Shown: positions 36,664 to 47,800 of the stretch, one piece after another
How positions within the stretch are numbered: the first letter of the stretch is position 1
Layout of the letters: each line of letters opens with the position of its first letter
NCBI GenBank assembly: GCA_964618625.1
Contig: CAZUBI010000001.1
Location: 164,781-228,780 of the forward strand
Direction of reading: 5' to 3'
Length of the DNA stretch: 64,000 bases
Source: an uncultured Candidatus Saccharibacteria bacterium
Lineage (GTDB): Bacteria; Patescibacteriota; Minisyncoccia; UBA6257
Made by a program: the position numbers and the translations under genes
Notes under the pieces: model-generated
The model's input: only the letters and a program-made list of their open reading frames with translations
Databases searched by the model: none
Told to the model about the DNA's origin: nothing

Positions 36664-37491
36664 ATGTCAAAAAATAAATATCATACAAACCAGCAAGGGG
36701 AAAAATATTGGCCGATTTTTGTAGTCGTAGTTGTTGTTTTGATTGTCGGAGGGTTTTTTCTTTTGAGAAAGTCTGAAGAAAAAAATATTAGCCAAAGCCA
36801 ATGTCAAGTCAAAGAGATGATTTTTTATTATCGAGATGGTTGTTCTTGGTGTCAAAAAGTTAAAAATGAGGGAACAATTAAGAATATTAAAGAATTAGGA
36901 GTAAGTGTTAAAGAAATTAATACAGATATTGGTCCGATCAAGCATCAATTTCAAGGAGTACCAACTTTTGTCATTGATGAAAAGGTTTACTCCGGTTATA
37001 AAACCTTTGAAGAGTTAAAGGAGCTTCTTGTCTGCTCAACGGACGGCAAGCAAGGTCTTGAAACTCAAAATCAAGCATCGCTTCCGGTTCAGGCCGAAAA
37101 AGCCTTTTTTGGCGAAAAGGGCGAAAATGTATTCTTGGAAAATGGAGAAATTAAATTGGACGCTTCGCAATTTAATGATAATCAAGCGCGTTTCTACAAC
37201 ATAAAAATGTCCGGCGGAAAAATAATTTATTTTTTTGCAGTGAAGGATAAAAACGGAATTTACAGAGCCGCCGCTAATGCCTGCGCGATCTGTTTTAAAA
37301 CATATAAAGGATTTCGCCAGGAAGGCAACGAGATCGTCTGTAATAATTGCGGGAATCGTTATCCGATAGAAAAAATCGCCACTGAAAAAGGCGGCTGCAA
37401 TCCCGGCCCGATTAATCCGAATTTATCAATTCAAAGCGGTAAAATTATTATAGAGCAGGCCGACATTGAACAAGTCGCCGATCTTTTTTGA
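36664..37491 (+). CDS. thioredoxin-like + DUF2318 (Cys-rich, Fe-S-like) protein
   Basis: CSWC, GVPT; ACAIC..CNNCG..GGCNP. Confidence 0.8.
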   Translation: MSKNKYHTNQQGEKYWPIFVVVVVVLIVGGFFLLRKSEEKNISQSQCQVKEMIFYYRDGCSWCQKVKNEGTIKNIKELGVSVKEINTDIGPIKHQFQGVPTFVIDEKVYSGYKTFEELKELLVCSTDGKQGLETQNQASLPVQAEKAFFGEKGENVFLENGEIKLDASQFNDNQARFYNIKMSGGKIIYFFAVKDKNGIYRAAANACAICFKTYKGFRQEGNEIVCNNCGNRYPIEKIATEKGGCNPGPINPNLSIQSGKIIIEQADIEQVADLF

Positions 37492-37524
37492 AAACATTAA
37501 AATTAAAAATTAACCGCAAATATT

Positions 37525-39756
37525 ATGGAAAAAACAATCTTAAAAATCTCTGGAATGCATTGTGCTTCTTGCTCGGCAATAATTGAAAACGCCCTTAAAA
37601 AAGAAAGGGGCGTTATTTCAGTAAATGTTAATTTTGCCTCAGAAAAAGCGAATTTAGAGTTTGATCCTAAAAAGATTAAAATTGAGGAAATTCAAAAAAT
37701 TATTCAAGGATTAGGGTATAAGATCGAGAAAGATATTAATAAAGAAGCTATCAACTATCAAAAAAGCCAAAAAATAAAACAATTAAAAAAACGGTTTATT
37801 ATTTCTTTTGTTTTTGGTTTACCTCTCATTTATATTGTTATGGGCGGAATGCTCAGTTTGCCAATACCGCAATTTTTCAAAGAATGGAATATTTTAATTC
37901 AATTTATTTTAGCAACCATTGTAATTTTAGTTTGCTTTAATCTTTGGATTTCTGGCTTTAAGAATTTAATACGACTGAGGCCTAATATGGATTCTTTAAT
38001 TTTTATTGGCACGGCTACTGCTTATTTTTATAGTCTTGCTGTCACCACCTTTTTTTGGCTAGGCGTTCAAAAACTGCCTCTTCATTTATATTATGAAAGC
38101 GCTGTCTTTATCCTTATTTTTATTTCACTTGGCAAATATTTAGAAGCAGTTACTAAAGGAAAGACCAGTGAAGCCATTAAAAAATTAATTGGGTTGCAGC
38201 CAAAGGAAGCGACAGTTATCAAAGATAGACAGGAAATCAAAATCCCAATCTCTGAAGTGAAAGTTGGTAGTGTTATTTTGGTGAGACCGGGTGAAAAGAT
38301 TCCAGTTGATGGAGTTGTAATTGATGGGTATTCGGGCGTTGATGAGAAAGCAATTACTGGCGAGAGTATTCCAGTTGAGAAAAGCAAGGGAGACGAAGTC
38401 ATTGGCGCAACAATTAACAAGACGGGAGTTTTAAAATTTAAAACAACAAAGATTGGAAAAGATACAATGCTTGCTCAAATTATTAAAACAGTAGAAGAAG
38501 CCATGGAGTCTAAAGCGCCAATTCAACTTCTGGCTGACAGAGTTTCTTTTTATTTTGTTCCAGGAGTAATCGGGATAGCCATTTTAGCTTTTATTGTCTG
38601 GATTGTTTTAGGCCAACCCTTTGTTTTTGCCTTGACAATTTTCGTTGCGGTTCTTATTATTGCTTGCCCCTGCGCCTTAGGGTTGGCGACACCGACAGCA
38701 GTGATGATGGGGACAGGTTTAGCGGCGCAAAACGGTATTTTAATCAAAACCAGTAAGGCTTTAGAAACAGCCCAGAAAGTGAATATAGTTGTTTTTGATA
38801 AAACAGGCACCTTAACTAAAGGTGAGCCAGAAATAACAAATATTGTAAACATCTCGAATTCCAAATCTCAAGAACAAATTTTGCAATTAGCTGCTTCAAT
38901 AGAAAAAAATTCTGAACATCCTCTTGCCCAAGCCGTTACTCAAAAAGCTCAAAAAGAAAATATAAGCTTGTTAGATGTCCAAAATTTTGAGGCAATACCT
39001 GGTAAAGGTGTTATGGCTCTATCTAAAGGTGCTAAGATTTTATTAGGAACAAGAAAATTAATGAGCGAAAATAATATCAATGTAGATTTTATTGAAGAAA
39101 AATTAGTAAAATTAGAAAACCAAGGTAAAACAGCAATGATTTTGGCTCATAATGGAAATGTTGTCGGAATAATTGCTGTAGCTGATACTTTGAAAAAGTA
39201 TTCTAAAGAAGCAGTAACCATGTTACACAAATTAGGTAAAAAAGTTGCCATAATCACTGGGGATAATAAAAGAGTGGGACAAGCTATTGCTCAACAAGTT
39301 GGTATAGATAGAATTTTAGCTGAAGTTTTGCCGCAGGAAAAATCAGAGGAAATTAAAAAATTACAAAAAGAAGGAAATATAGTGGCAATGGTAGGCGACG
39401 GAATAAACGACGCTCCAGCTTTAGCTCAGGCAGATTTAGGCATTGCTTTGGGCTCTGGCACTGATATTGCCATAGAAACAGGAGAAATAGTTTTAATAAA
39501 AGATGATCTACGGGATGTAGTTAAAGCTATTGATTTGAGTAAATATACTTTTAAAAAAATCAAACAAAATCTTTTCTGGGCTTTCTTTTACAATAGTATT
39601 GGTATTCCTATTGCCGCGGGCATTTTATATCCGCTAACTGGTTGGCTTCTCAATCCAGCAATCGCGGCTTTAGCCATGGCTTTTTCCTCAGTAAGCGTTA
39701 TCTCTAATGCTCTTTTAATGAAACGATATAAGTTACAAACTGTTAAAAAATTTTAG
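37525..39756 (+). CDS. copA: copper-translocating P1B ATPase
   Basis: [39 protein letters not shown]. Confidence 0.95.
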   Translation: MEKTILKISGMHCASCSAIIENALKKERGVISVNVNFASEKANLEFDPKKIKIEEIQKIIQGLGYKIEKDINKEAINYQKSQKIKQLKKRFIISFVFGLPLIYIVMGGMLSLPIPQFFKEWNILIQFILATIVILVCFNLWISGFKNLIRLRPNMDSLIFIGTATAYFYSLAVTTFFWLGVQKLPLHLYYESAVFILIFISLGKYLEAVTKGKTSEAIKKLIGLQPKEATVIKDRQEIKIPISEVKVGSVILVRPGEKIPVDGVVIDGYSGVDEKAITGESIPVEKSKGDEVIGATINKTGVLKFKTTKIGKDTMLAQIIKTVEEAMESKAPIQLLADRVSFYFVPGVIGIAILAFIVWIVLGQPFVFALTIFVAVLIIACPCALGLATPTAVMMGTGLAAQNGILIKTSKALETAQKVNIVVFDKTGTLTKGEPEITNIVNISNSKSQEQILQLAASIEKNSEHPLAQAVTQKAQKENISLLDVQNFEAIPGKGVMALSKGAKILLGTRKLMSENNINVDFIEEKLVKLENQGKTAMILAHNGNVVGIIAVADTLKKYSKEAVTMLHKLGKKVAIITGDNKRVGQAIAQQVGIDRILAEVLPQEKSEEIKKLQKEGNIVAMVGDGINDAPALAQADLGIALGSGTDIAIETGEIVLIKDDLRDVVKAIDLSKYTFKKIKQNLFWAFFYNSIGIPIAAGILYPLTGWLLNPAIAALAMAFSSVSVISNALLMKRYKLQTVKKF

Positions 39757-39770
39757 GGAGTTATTTCGGT

Positions 39771-39849
39771 TGGTCGGGGTGACAGGATTCGAACCTGCGA
39801 AGTCTCTCGCACCCCATGCGAGCGCCCTAAACCACTGGGCCACACCCCG
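39771..39849 (-). tRNA. tRNA-Pro(GGG)
   Basis: CGGGGTG acceptor, CTCGC-ATGGGGT-GCGAG anticodon arm, GGTTCGAATCC, encoded CCA. Confidence 0.93.
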
Positions 39850-39859
39850 AAGGTCTGTG

Positions 39860-40054
39860 TTATTTTTCCGTAATCTCAATAGCCCCAACAGGACAATTTT
39901 CTGCTGCTTGTTTTATGCAATCTTTGTGTTTTTCTAAATCTACTTCTTCTTTAATTTTTGATTTTCCATCTTTTAATTCAAAAACCTCGGGGCAAAGACT
40001 GATACATACTCCGCAACCGAGGCATTTTTGTTTATCTATTTTTACCTTTTTCAT
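39860..40054 (-). CDS. ferredoxin
   Basis: CLGCGVC..CP..CPVGAI; start at ATG 40054. Confidence 0.9.
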   Translation of the reverse strand: MKKVKIDKQKCLGCGVCISLCPEVFELKDGKSKIKEEVDLEKHKDCIKQAAENCPVGAIEITEK

Positions 40055-40065
40055 AAGGGTGTAAA

Positions 40066-40097
40066 GGGATTGCCACGGCCTTCGGCCTCGCAATGAC
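40066..40097 (+). repeat. REP-like element (GATTGCC..CGCAATGAC)
   Basis: gggattgccacggccttcggcctcgcaatgac; related copy at 48308-48346. Confidence 0.65.
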
Positions 40098-40112
40098 AGG
40101 TAGATTGTCAGT

Positions 40113-40304
40113 TTAGGTGATTGTTTTAGAGAGGCGTTTGCGGCATTTAGTGCAAGCCTTTACTCTTTTACCATCTGGCATTCTAAACCATTGCAAATTA
40201 GGCTTCTGGCGATGTTGAGCAACTGGATTATAAGCTGAATGCACTTTTTTGTATTTAGTGGCATTTTGATAGCTTTTTCCGCAAATTGAACAAACTCGTG
40301 ACAT
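40113..40304 (-). CDS. rpmB: 50S ribosomal protein L28
   Basis: MSRVCSICGK..KPNLQ..CTKC. Confidence 0.9.
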   Translation of the reverse strand: MSRVCSICGKSYQNATKYKKVHSAYNPVAQHRQKPNLQWFRMPDGKRVKACTKCRKRLSKTIT

Positions 40305-40328
40305 AATAGTAATAATTGAAGTAAATAA

Positions 40329-40467
40329 CGGGCCCTACCCGCAACTAAGGTCGAATCAGCTAGTAGTAAAGTGGGTGCTCGCGCTTTTGCCCAACAGGAC
40401 AAAAGACATTGAGCTCCCTAAGAAAACCAACTTGTCCTGAATCGTTCCTTAATCCGGCAAGACCCAG
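40329..40467 (-). ncRNA. ssrS: probable 6S RNA
   Basis: closing stem GGGTCTTGCC/GGTAGGGCCC, rod with central bubble, GGGAGCT..GAGCACCCAC, TATAAT just upstream, located after aspS. Confidence 0.7.
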
Positions 40468-40486
40468 TGGATTATAGCATAAAAGT

Positions 40487-41896
40487 TTAAGATTTTAAAG
40501 TCTTGATGTGAAGATCCTTCAACTGCTTTTCATCCACTTCTGCTGGAGCATTCATCATTAAATCTTTACCGTCTCCGGTTTTAGGAAAAGCAATTACTTC
40601 CCGAATACTCGATTCATCTTCCAAAATCATTACAATTCTATCAAGTCCCAATGCAATGCCCCCATGAGGGGGAACTCCATACTTAAACGCTCCGATTAAA
40701 TGACCAAATTTTTCCGCAATGTCTTCTTTTTTATGACCCAATATTTCAAAAATAGTTTCTAATAGTTTTGGTTCATGAATTCTTAAAGAACCGCCTCCAA
40801 TCTCATAACCATTTAAAACAAAATCATATTGGTCAGCAAATGGTTTGCCTGGATCTTTTTTAATTCTTTCAATCAGCTGCTCAATTGTTTCGTCTTTTTC
40901 TAATTTAGGCCTTGTAAATGGATGATGGACAGCTCCCCATTTCTTTTCTTCTTTTTTAAATTCAAAAAGAGGAAAGTCAACAATAAAAACAAAAGCTAAT
41001 TCATTTGGATTGTCTTTATCTTTTCTCAAATCAGGCTTATCTGATTTATATTTTTCAACTGCATCTTTGTATTTAATGCGGGGGAAAGGAAATTCTTTTA
41101 TCTTTTTCTCAGGATAAATCTTTTCAATTAATTGTTTAAATAAATTTTCTATTAAGCTTAAAATGTCTTCCTGGGCAGGAAAATCCATTTCCAAATCTAA
41201 TTGGGTAAATTCAGGTTGTCTGTCTCCACGCGTATCTTCATCCCGAAAACAACGGGCAATTTGAAAATATCTTTCAATCCCGGCCACCATTAAAAGTTGT
41301 TTGTATTGCTGGGGGCTTTGCGGTAAAGCGTAAAATTTTCCCGGTTCCAAGCGGGAGGGAACAATATAATCACGAGCTCCTTCTGGAGTAGATTTAGTTA
41401 AAATAGGTGTTTCTACTTCTATAAAACCATCATCTGAAAGAAAGTCACGTATAAACTTAATTATTTTATGCCTATAAATAAGATTTTTACTTAAACGCTC
41501 ACGACGCAAATCCAAATATCTATATTTTAAACGCACTTCTTCATTAATATCTCTGCCATCAGCTGATAAATCAAATGGTGGAGTAAGCGCTTCGCTTAAT
41601 ATTTTTAATTCAGTTGCTTCAATTTCTATGGAGCCTGTTGGCATTTTGGGATTTTCCATTGATTTGGGCCGAGCTTTCACAACACCCTTCATCTCTACAA
41701 CCCATTCTGAACGCAGTTTATTGCCTAATCCATAAGTTTCTTTTTTGTCTGGGGAAAAAACTATCTGTACTTTGTCTGTTCTATCACGTAAATCAATAAA
41801 AATAATCTTTCCGTGATCTCTACGGGAATCTACCCATCCATAAAGGGTTATCTCTTCATCAATATGTTGTGGCGTGTCCTTTATCCAAAGACGCAT
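40487..41896 (-). CDS. aspS: aspartate-tRNA ligase (short form, no GAD insert)
   Basis: RRDHG, LPQSPQ, FRDED.R.DRQPEF, HHPFT, PPHGGIALGLDR. Confidence 0.97.
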   Translation of the reverse strand: MRLWIKDTPQHIDEEITLYGWVDSRRDHGKIIFIDLRDRTDKVQIVFSPDKKETYGLGNKLRSEWVVEMKGVVKARPKSMENPKMPTGSIEIEATELKILSEALTPPFDLSADGRDINEEVRLKYRYLDLRRERLSKNLIYRHKIIKFIRDFLSDDGFIEVETPILTKSTPEGARDYIVPSRLEPGKFYALPQSPQQYKQLLMVAGIERYFQIARCFRDEDTRGDRQPEFTQLDLEMDFPAQEDILSLIENLFKQLIEKIYPEKKIKEFPFPRIKYKDAVEKYKSDKPDLRKDKDNPNELAFVFIVDFPLFEFKKEEKKWGAVHHPFTRPKLEKDETIEQLIERIKKDPGKPFADQYDFVLNGYEIGGGSLRIHEPKLLETIFEILGHKKEDIAEKFGHLIGAFKYGVPPHGGIALGLDRIVMILEDESSIREVIAFPKTGDGKDLMMNAPAEVDEKQLKDLHIKTLKS

Positions 41897-41958
41897 AATA
41901 TTAAAAAATTAAAAATTTGATATGATTTTATTGTATAATAAAAAGCGTTATTAGGCAA

Positions 41959-42783
41959 CTATTTAATTTTAAAACGGATTGTACCGTCTAAATCAGTACG
42001 AAAGATTTGAGCGCCAATGTTTCTTAAACGCTCAAGCGTATCAGGATGAGGATGACCATAACTATTTTCCCCAACTTCAATAACCGCTATTTGAGGTTTA
42101 AATTCTTCTAAAAACAACGCAGAAGATGAATAGCGAGAACCGTGATGCGGAACTTTTAATATCCGGGAATTATTATCAGGGCAGAGGAGCAAAGACAAGA
42201 TTTTCTTTTCTTGAGCAGAACTAATGTCTCCGGTAAAAAGAAAACAATTTTGTCCCAAAAATAACATGTGAACTGAACTAAATTTATTAGGATCTTGCCT
42301 GGAAGAAACCATTATGTCTGGATAAAGAAATAAAAGATTGTCTTGATTTTCCCAACTTACCTTTGTGCCAATTATTCCTTTAATTATCAATGTTTCTCTT
42401 TTATCTAATTCCTGAAGCAGTTTTTGAAACAAAGAATTGGAATAAGATAAATTATTAAGTATTATAGCCCTAACTTTATATCTTTCCAATATATCAAACA
42501 AACCATTAAAATGGTCTTTGTTAGGATGAGAAAGTATAAATAAATCAATTGTCCTGTCGTAAAAAGGCAGTAATTTATCTAATTCAGAAAGAATCTTTGC
42601 GTCAGGACCAGCGTCAATCAAAATGTTGCCTCCTGGAATTTGAATAAATTCAGCGTCGCCTTGCCCAACAGACAAAAAACTCACTTCACCTTTAGACATA
42701 CAAAGAAAATCAAGAATAATCCAATAAGCAAAAATATTGGCGGCAATAAGAATTATTAAAAAATATTTAAAAGGTTTTTTCAT
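41959..42783 (-). CDS. ComEC/Rec2 MBL-domain protein
   Basis: VGQGD, SHPNKDH, TGD, HHGS, NSYGHPH, RTD. Confidence 0.9.
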   Translation of the reverse strand: MKKPFKYFLIILIAANIFAYWIILDFLCMSKGEVSFLSVGQGDAEFIQIPGGNILIDAGPDAKILSELDKLLPFYDRTIDLFILSHPNKDHFNGLFDILERYKVRAIILNNLSYSNSLFQKLLQELDKRETLIIKGIIGTKVSWENQDNLLFLYPDIMVSSRQDPNKFSSVHMLFLGQNCFLFTGDISSAQEKKILSLLLCPDNNSRILKVPHHGSRYSSSALFLEEFKPQIAVIEVGENSYGHPHPDTLERLRNIGAQIFRTDLDGTIRFKIK

Positions 42784-44186
42784 GTTCTTTTGCGGATGTA
42801 GAAGAAGAGAAAAATATAATAAGGAATAATGAACCAATGCAAAACAGATGGAATATAAATCTGCGACCAAGACAAAGAAGAAAATAATGAAATAACTTTT
42901 AGGAAATAGGCAAGAATTAAATTAAGCAAGGCCCCGAGAAAAAGCCCGAATGGATAAAACAATAAAGAAGAAATCGCTACAATTGCTCCACCTGCCATTA
43001 TTAAAGGAACTAAAGGGAGAATTAAAAGATTTGTAATCGGAGAAACCAAAGAAAGAACCTGCATTTTAAATATCACCCAAGGAATAACAAATGTTAAAGC
43101 TGAAGATGTAGAAAGAACTGTTTCTCTAATAATTTGGCCTTTTTTATTAAACCAATCCTGTTGCCAAAATGGACTTTCTTTCCATATAGGATAAAGAAAA
43201 ATTATTCCTGCAGTAGCTAAAAAAGAAAGTTGAAAACCCAAATCCCAAAAAAGAACCAAAGGATTTAGCCAAATCATTATCACAGCAGCTAAAAGCAGAG
43301 CATTAAAGGAATTGTAAAGACGAAAACTGAAGCGGGATAAAATCAATAAAGACGCCATAATAGCAGCCCTAATAATAGACGGGGTTAAACCTGCCATAAA
43401 AGCAAAGCTTAATATAAACAGAGAAGAAATAATAAAATTAACAGAATTACTCATACATAAAATATCAAGAAAACCAGAAAGCGCTTTTGCTATTATTGAT
43501 AAATGAAGGCCGGACGCGACAATAACATGGGACAAGCCACATCTTCTTATTTGCTTTTCCAAAACAGACGTTAAATTATTTTTAGCGCCAAACATTAAAC
43601 TAATAAGAAGGCTGGATTTGGGTTCAGGAATTATTTTTTGTAAAGATGATGTAATTTTATTTTTTACTAATAAAGCGGTTCTCCTCAAAGAAAATTTAGC
43701 AGGAGAAAAAAGCTCTATTGAGGGATAACTTATTTTTCCAGAAATAATTATTGAACTATATGAACGAAATTCAGAAAAAGGCTTAACTTTACCCTTAATA
43801 TTTATGATATCCCCATAATGATAACGGGGATACCTGTCTGTATAAATAACAATTTTTGGAATGATAATTCTTTGATAATTCTCTTTGAAAATAGGCTCAG
43901 CAATAATTGCAGCCTTGATTTCTATTTGCTCTTCCTCAATAATGGCAGTATTTTTTAATTCCCTAAAAACAACAAAATATCGATATCCTCCTAAAAATAA
44001 ACTTAATAAAACTAAAATCAAAACAATAAATTCTTTTTTTCTGACAAAAAAATAGGCACAAATTAAAAAAGCGAAAAAGCAAATCGCCTGTAAAGAAAAA
44101 GACGAGTTAGTAAAATAAGACAAAATTACACCAATTAAAAAAGACGCCCCGCATTGGCGAAATACTCTTGAAGCCGAAAGCGTCAT
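42780..44186 (-). CDS. comEC: ComEC competence membrane domain
   Basis: GLSHVIVASGLH, PSIIRA.IM, GFQLSFLAT. Confidence 0.92.
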   Translation of the reverse strand: MTLSASRVFRQCGASFLIGVILSYFTNSSFSLQAICFFAFLICAYFFVRKKEFIVLILVLLSLFLGGYRYFVVFRELKNTAIIEEEQIEIKAAIIAEPIFKENYQRIIIPKIVIYTDRYPRYHYGDIINIKGKVKPFSEFRSYSSIIISGKISYPSIELFSPAKFSLRRTALLVKNKITSSLQKIIPEPKSSLLISLMFGAKNNLTSVLEKQIRRCGLSHVIVASGLHLSIIAKALSGFLDILCMSNSVNFIISSLFILSFAFMAGLTPSIIRAAIMASLLILSRFSFRLYNSFNALLLAAVIMIWLNPLVLFWDLGFQLSFLATAGIIFLYPIWKESPFWQQDWFNKKGQIIRETVLSTSSALTFVIPWVIFKMQVLSLVSPITNLLILPLVPLIMAGGAIVAISSLLFYPFGLFLGALLNLILAYFLKVISLFSSLSWSQIYIPSVLHWFIIPYYIFLFFYIRKRT

Positions 44187-44878
44187 CTTATATTACATTT
44201 GGAAAAATACGGTTTTATTTTTTTTAATAACTGCTTTGTCCTTTGTTCTGACCATGGTTGAGCATTTTTAAATTTTTCATCCAAAACTTTGCCTCTCTGA
44301 AAACGCTGAAGATAGTAATGGGGAGCGAATTTTATCCAATCAACAATGGCTAAAACATCCTGCTCATCTAAAACATCAGAAACCAAAGTTGTTCTAAATT
44401 CGTAATCAATTTTATCCCGTTTTAATAATTCTATACTTTTATCAACTTTTTCTACAATATTCTTATCTTCACTAAAAATTTCATACTTTTCTTTCGGCGC
44501 TTTTATATCCATTGCCACATAATCTATTAATTTTTCCTCAATTAAATTATTTAAAACATTCGGACAAGAACCATTCGTGTCTAATTTTATCAAAAAACCC
44601 AAATCCTTTACTTTTTTTATAAAATCAATCAAATCAGGTTGAATAGCAGGTTCTCCTCCAGTAATACATAACCCTTCTAATAGTTTCCGGCGTTCTTTTA
44701 AAAAATCAAGAATTTCTTTTTCTGTAATTTTTGGCTGTTTTTTTATTAATTCTGGCAAAACTAATTCTGGATTATGGCAATATGGGCAACGAAAATTGCA
44801 GCCAACAGCGAAAACAGTAGCTGCCACTTTCCCCGGATAATCAACTAAAGTTGTTTTTTGCAAACCGCCAAACAACAT
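44183..44878 (-). CDS. nrdG: anaerobic RNR activating radical-SAM protein
   Basis: GCNFRCPYCHN, TGGEP, adjacent to nrdD. Confidence 0.92.
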   Translation of the reverse strand: MLFGGLQKTTLVDYPGKVAATVFAVGCNFRCPYCHNPELVLPELIKKQPKITEKEILDFLKERRKLLEGLCITGGEPAIQPDLIDFIKKVKDLGFLIKLDTNGSCPNVLNNLIEEKLIDYVAMDIKAPKEKYEIFSEDKNIVEKVDKSIELLKRDKIDYEFRTTLVSDVLDEQDVLAIVDWIKFAPHYYLQRFQRGKVLDEKFKNAQPWSEQRTKQLLKKIKPYFSKCNIR

Positions 44879-44881
44879 AAT

Positions 44882-47800
44882 TTATATTTTAAAGGTGGAA
44901 CGTTCTTTAAATTCTTCCTGTTTTCCTTTATGCCATTGTTGTACAGGACGCAAATATCCGACAACTCTGGAATAAACCTCACAAGGCTGTTCTATTGTAC
45001 ATTTTGGACAAATAAAATGTTCCCCTGCTATATATCCATGAATAGGGCAGACAGAAAAAGTAGGCGTAAGAGTAAAATATGGCAAACGGAATTTTTCAAA
45101 AACAATTTTAATTAAAGATTTTACTGATTCAGAATCAGACACTGCTTCTCCTAGGAAAGAATGAAATACCGTATTATGAATAAATACTAAAGTATTTTTA
45201 CCAGCTAAATAATTATGATTTTTTTGAGTGGTCAAATCATAAAATTGATTATCTTTCACATCAACTTTTGAAATTTTCTTTACTCTGATTACGGGTAAAA
45301 ATCTTTTCTTTCTATTAGAAAACTTATTGTTAATTCTTTCTTTATTAACAGTGTTTTTTAATTGATCTTTTATTTTAATCATCTCGTATTGTGGTATTCG
45401 AATCCGCCAAATATCCACCTCATTTTTTCTTTTATTTTTCTTCCTTGTCTTACCGACCATAATTCCAGCGATTGAGCAAATCTCTAAAATATCATCAGCT
45501 AACCCCTCGGAAACAGTATAATATTCGAAAAACCCATCTCTTTTATCAATATGACCATCGCTATCCATTAACCCTGATAAAAGTGAATAAAAATTCTCTT
45601 TTCTAATGTTCGCTTTTACTATTTCAGGAATTCTTATTATATAAGTTTTTTCTCCAAAAGAAAATCCATATTTAAAGAAAAACTGCCAAACAGCTTTTTT
45701 AGACGTTGAAACACATCTCAATAATTTACTCCTTTTATCATTTTGTATTACATTCACATGACAATTAAAATATTTATTAAGAATATTCTTTATTTTGCTT
45801 AGTGCTACTCGATGTTCGGAAAAAAAACGCACTACAAATTTTTCAATCTGATTTCCTCCTCGATTATCAAAAAACTGAGAGATGGAACCATCGCCAATAA
45901 AAAATCCAATTAACCACATTAAATTATTATCTAGCCTAGATGATTTTTCTAAATAAAGATTGAAAGAGTTTTGTAAAATATAATCACTTTTCTTCAGCTC
46001 ATCTGCTCTTTTTTCTATTACTCTATATTTTGACATTTTTGAATACTTCAATCGACATTGTGCATGATGCTTTAAATGAACAGCAAAACCTTTAATATTG
46101 CTTACCTTTTCTTGACAAATAGGACAACAAGAATCAGGTTTTATCTTTTCCAAAACAAAAAATGGATGCCAATCAGAAGTAGTAATATCCATTCCCTTCT
46201 CTCCCTTTATCCTAATTTTATTCTTTTTTTTAACATTAATTTTAAAAACATCAACAATTGCGTCCCATTCGCTAACGCCTTTCTTTAAATTGTAGCTTAA
46301 AGCTTTAATGGGTTTTAATTTTTCAAAATTCTCTACTATTTCTTCTATTTTAATCAAACCTTTATTAGTCAAAACTTTATTCCCTTTCTCAATACATCCA
46401 CCTGTATATTTTGTTTGTAAAGAATCCTGTAATTTTAAAGCTTCAAATAAATCATCTGTGTAATTTACAGGTAGTTGGGTGGAATTAGTATAATAAGGCT
46501 CTTTTCCCCCTGCAGTAATAATATCAGGATATTTTTTCTTATCTTTTAGCGCCAAACGATAAGAAGTTCCTTCGGCAGGAGTAGCCTCTAAATTATATAG
46601 ATTTCCGGTTTCTTCCTGATACTCTACCAACCTATCACGCATAAAATCTAATACTTCTAAAGCAAATTTAACTCCTTTTTTATTACCTAAATTTATTCCC
46701 AAAAAATTAAGAAGCGCTTCATTCATGCCAATCAATCCAATGGTGGAAAAATGATTGCCCCAATAACAACTTCTCATCTTCTTCACTCCGTTTAAATAAT
46801 ATTTTGCATAAGGATAAAGCCCTTTATCTGTCCAATCTTCCAAAACCTTTCTTTTTATTTCCAAGCTTATTTTAGCTAAATTCATTATATGCGCTAATTT
46901 TTGGAAAAATTCTTTTTTTGTTTTGGATAAATAAGCCAAACGAGGCATATTAATCGTTGCCACGCCAATACTCCCTGTGAGCGGAGCTGCTCCAAACAAT
47001 CCTCCTCCACGTTTATAAAGTTCTCTATTATCCAACCTAAGTCGACAGCACATTGAACGCGAATCTTCTGGACTCATATCAGAATTGATAAAATTTGAAA
47101 AATATGGAATTCCGTACTTTGCCGTCATTTTCCAAATTCCATCATAAACTGGATTATTCCAGTCAAAATCTTTAGTAATGTTATAAGTAGGAATAGGGAA
47201 GGTAAAAACTCTTCCACTCGCATCACCATCTACATAAACCTCGCAAAACGCCTGATTAAGCATATCCATTTCTTCTTGAAACTCTTTGTAAGTTTCTTTT
47301 TGATGCTCACCACCAATTATCACAGGCAACTCTTTAAAATGACTTGGAACTTTTAAATCCAAAGTAAGATTTTCAAAAGGGGTTTGAAAGCCTACTCTTG
47401 TAGGGATATTACAATTAAAAAGAAATTCCTGCAAAGATTGTTTTACCTCATTATAGGTTAAATTATCATAACGAATAAAAGGCGCTAATAAAGTATCAAA
47501 ATTAGAAAAAGCCTGGGCCCCGGCTCCTTCTCCTTGTAATGTATAGAAAAAATTAACTACTTGACCTAAAGCAGAACGAAAATGTTTTGCAGGTTTTGAT
47601 TGAATTTTACCAAAAACTCCACCAAATCCTTTTAAAAGAAGATCATATAAATCCCAGCCACAACAATAAGTGGCTAAAATATCTAAATTATGAATATGAA
47701 AATCTCCGCTTTCAGTTGCTTCCCTGACTTCTGGCGGATAAATTTTTCTCAACCAGTATTTTTTTGCCACATAAGCAGCAACATAATGATTTAATCCCTG

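Noticed and set aside
40160-40402. 80-aa ORF upstream of rpmB
   Set aside because: Overlaps rpmB out of frame and the 6S-like RNA.
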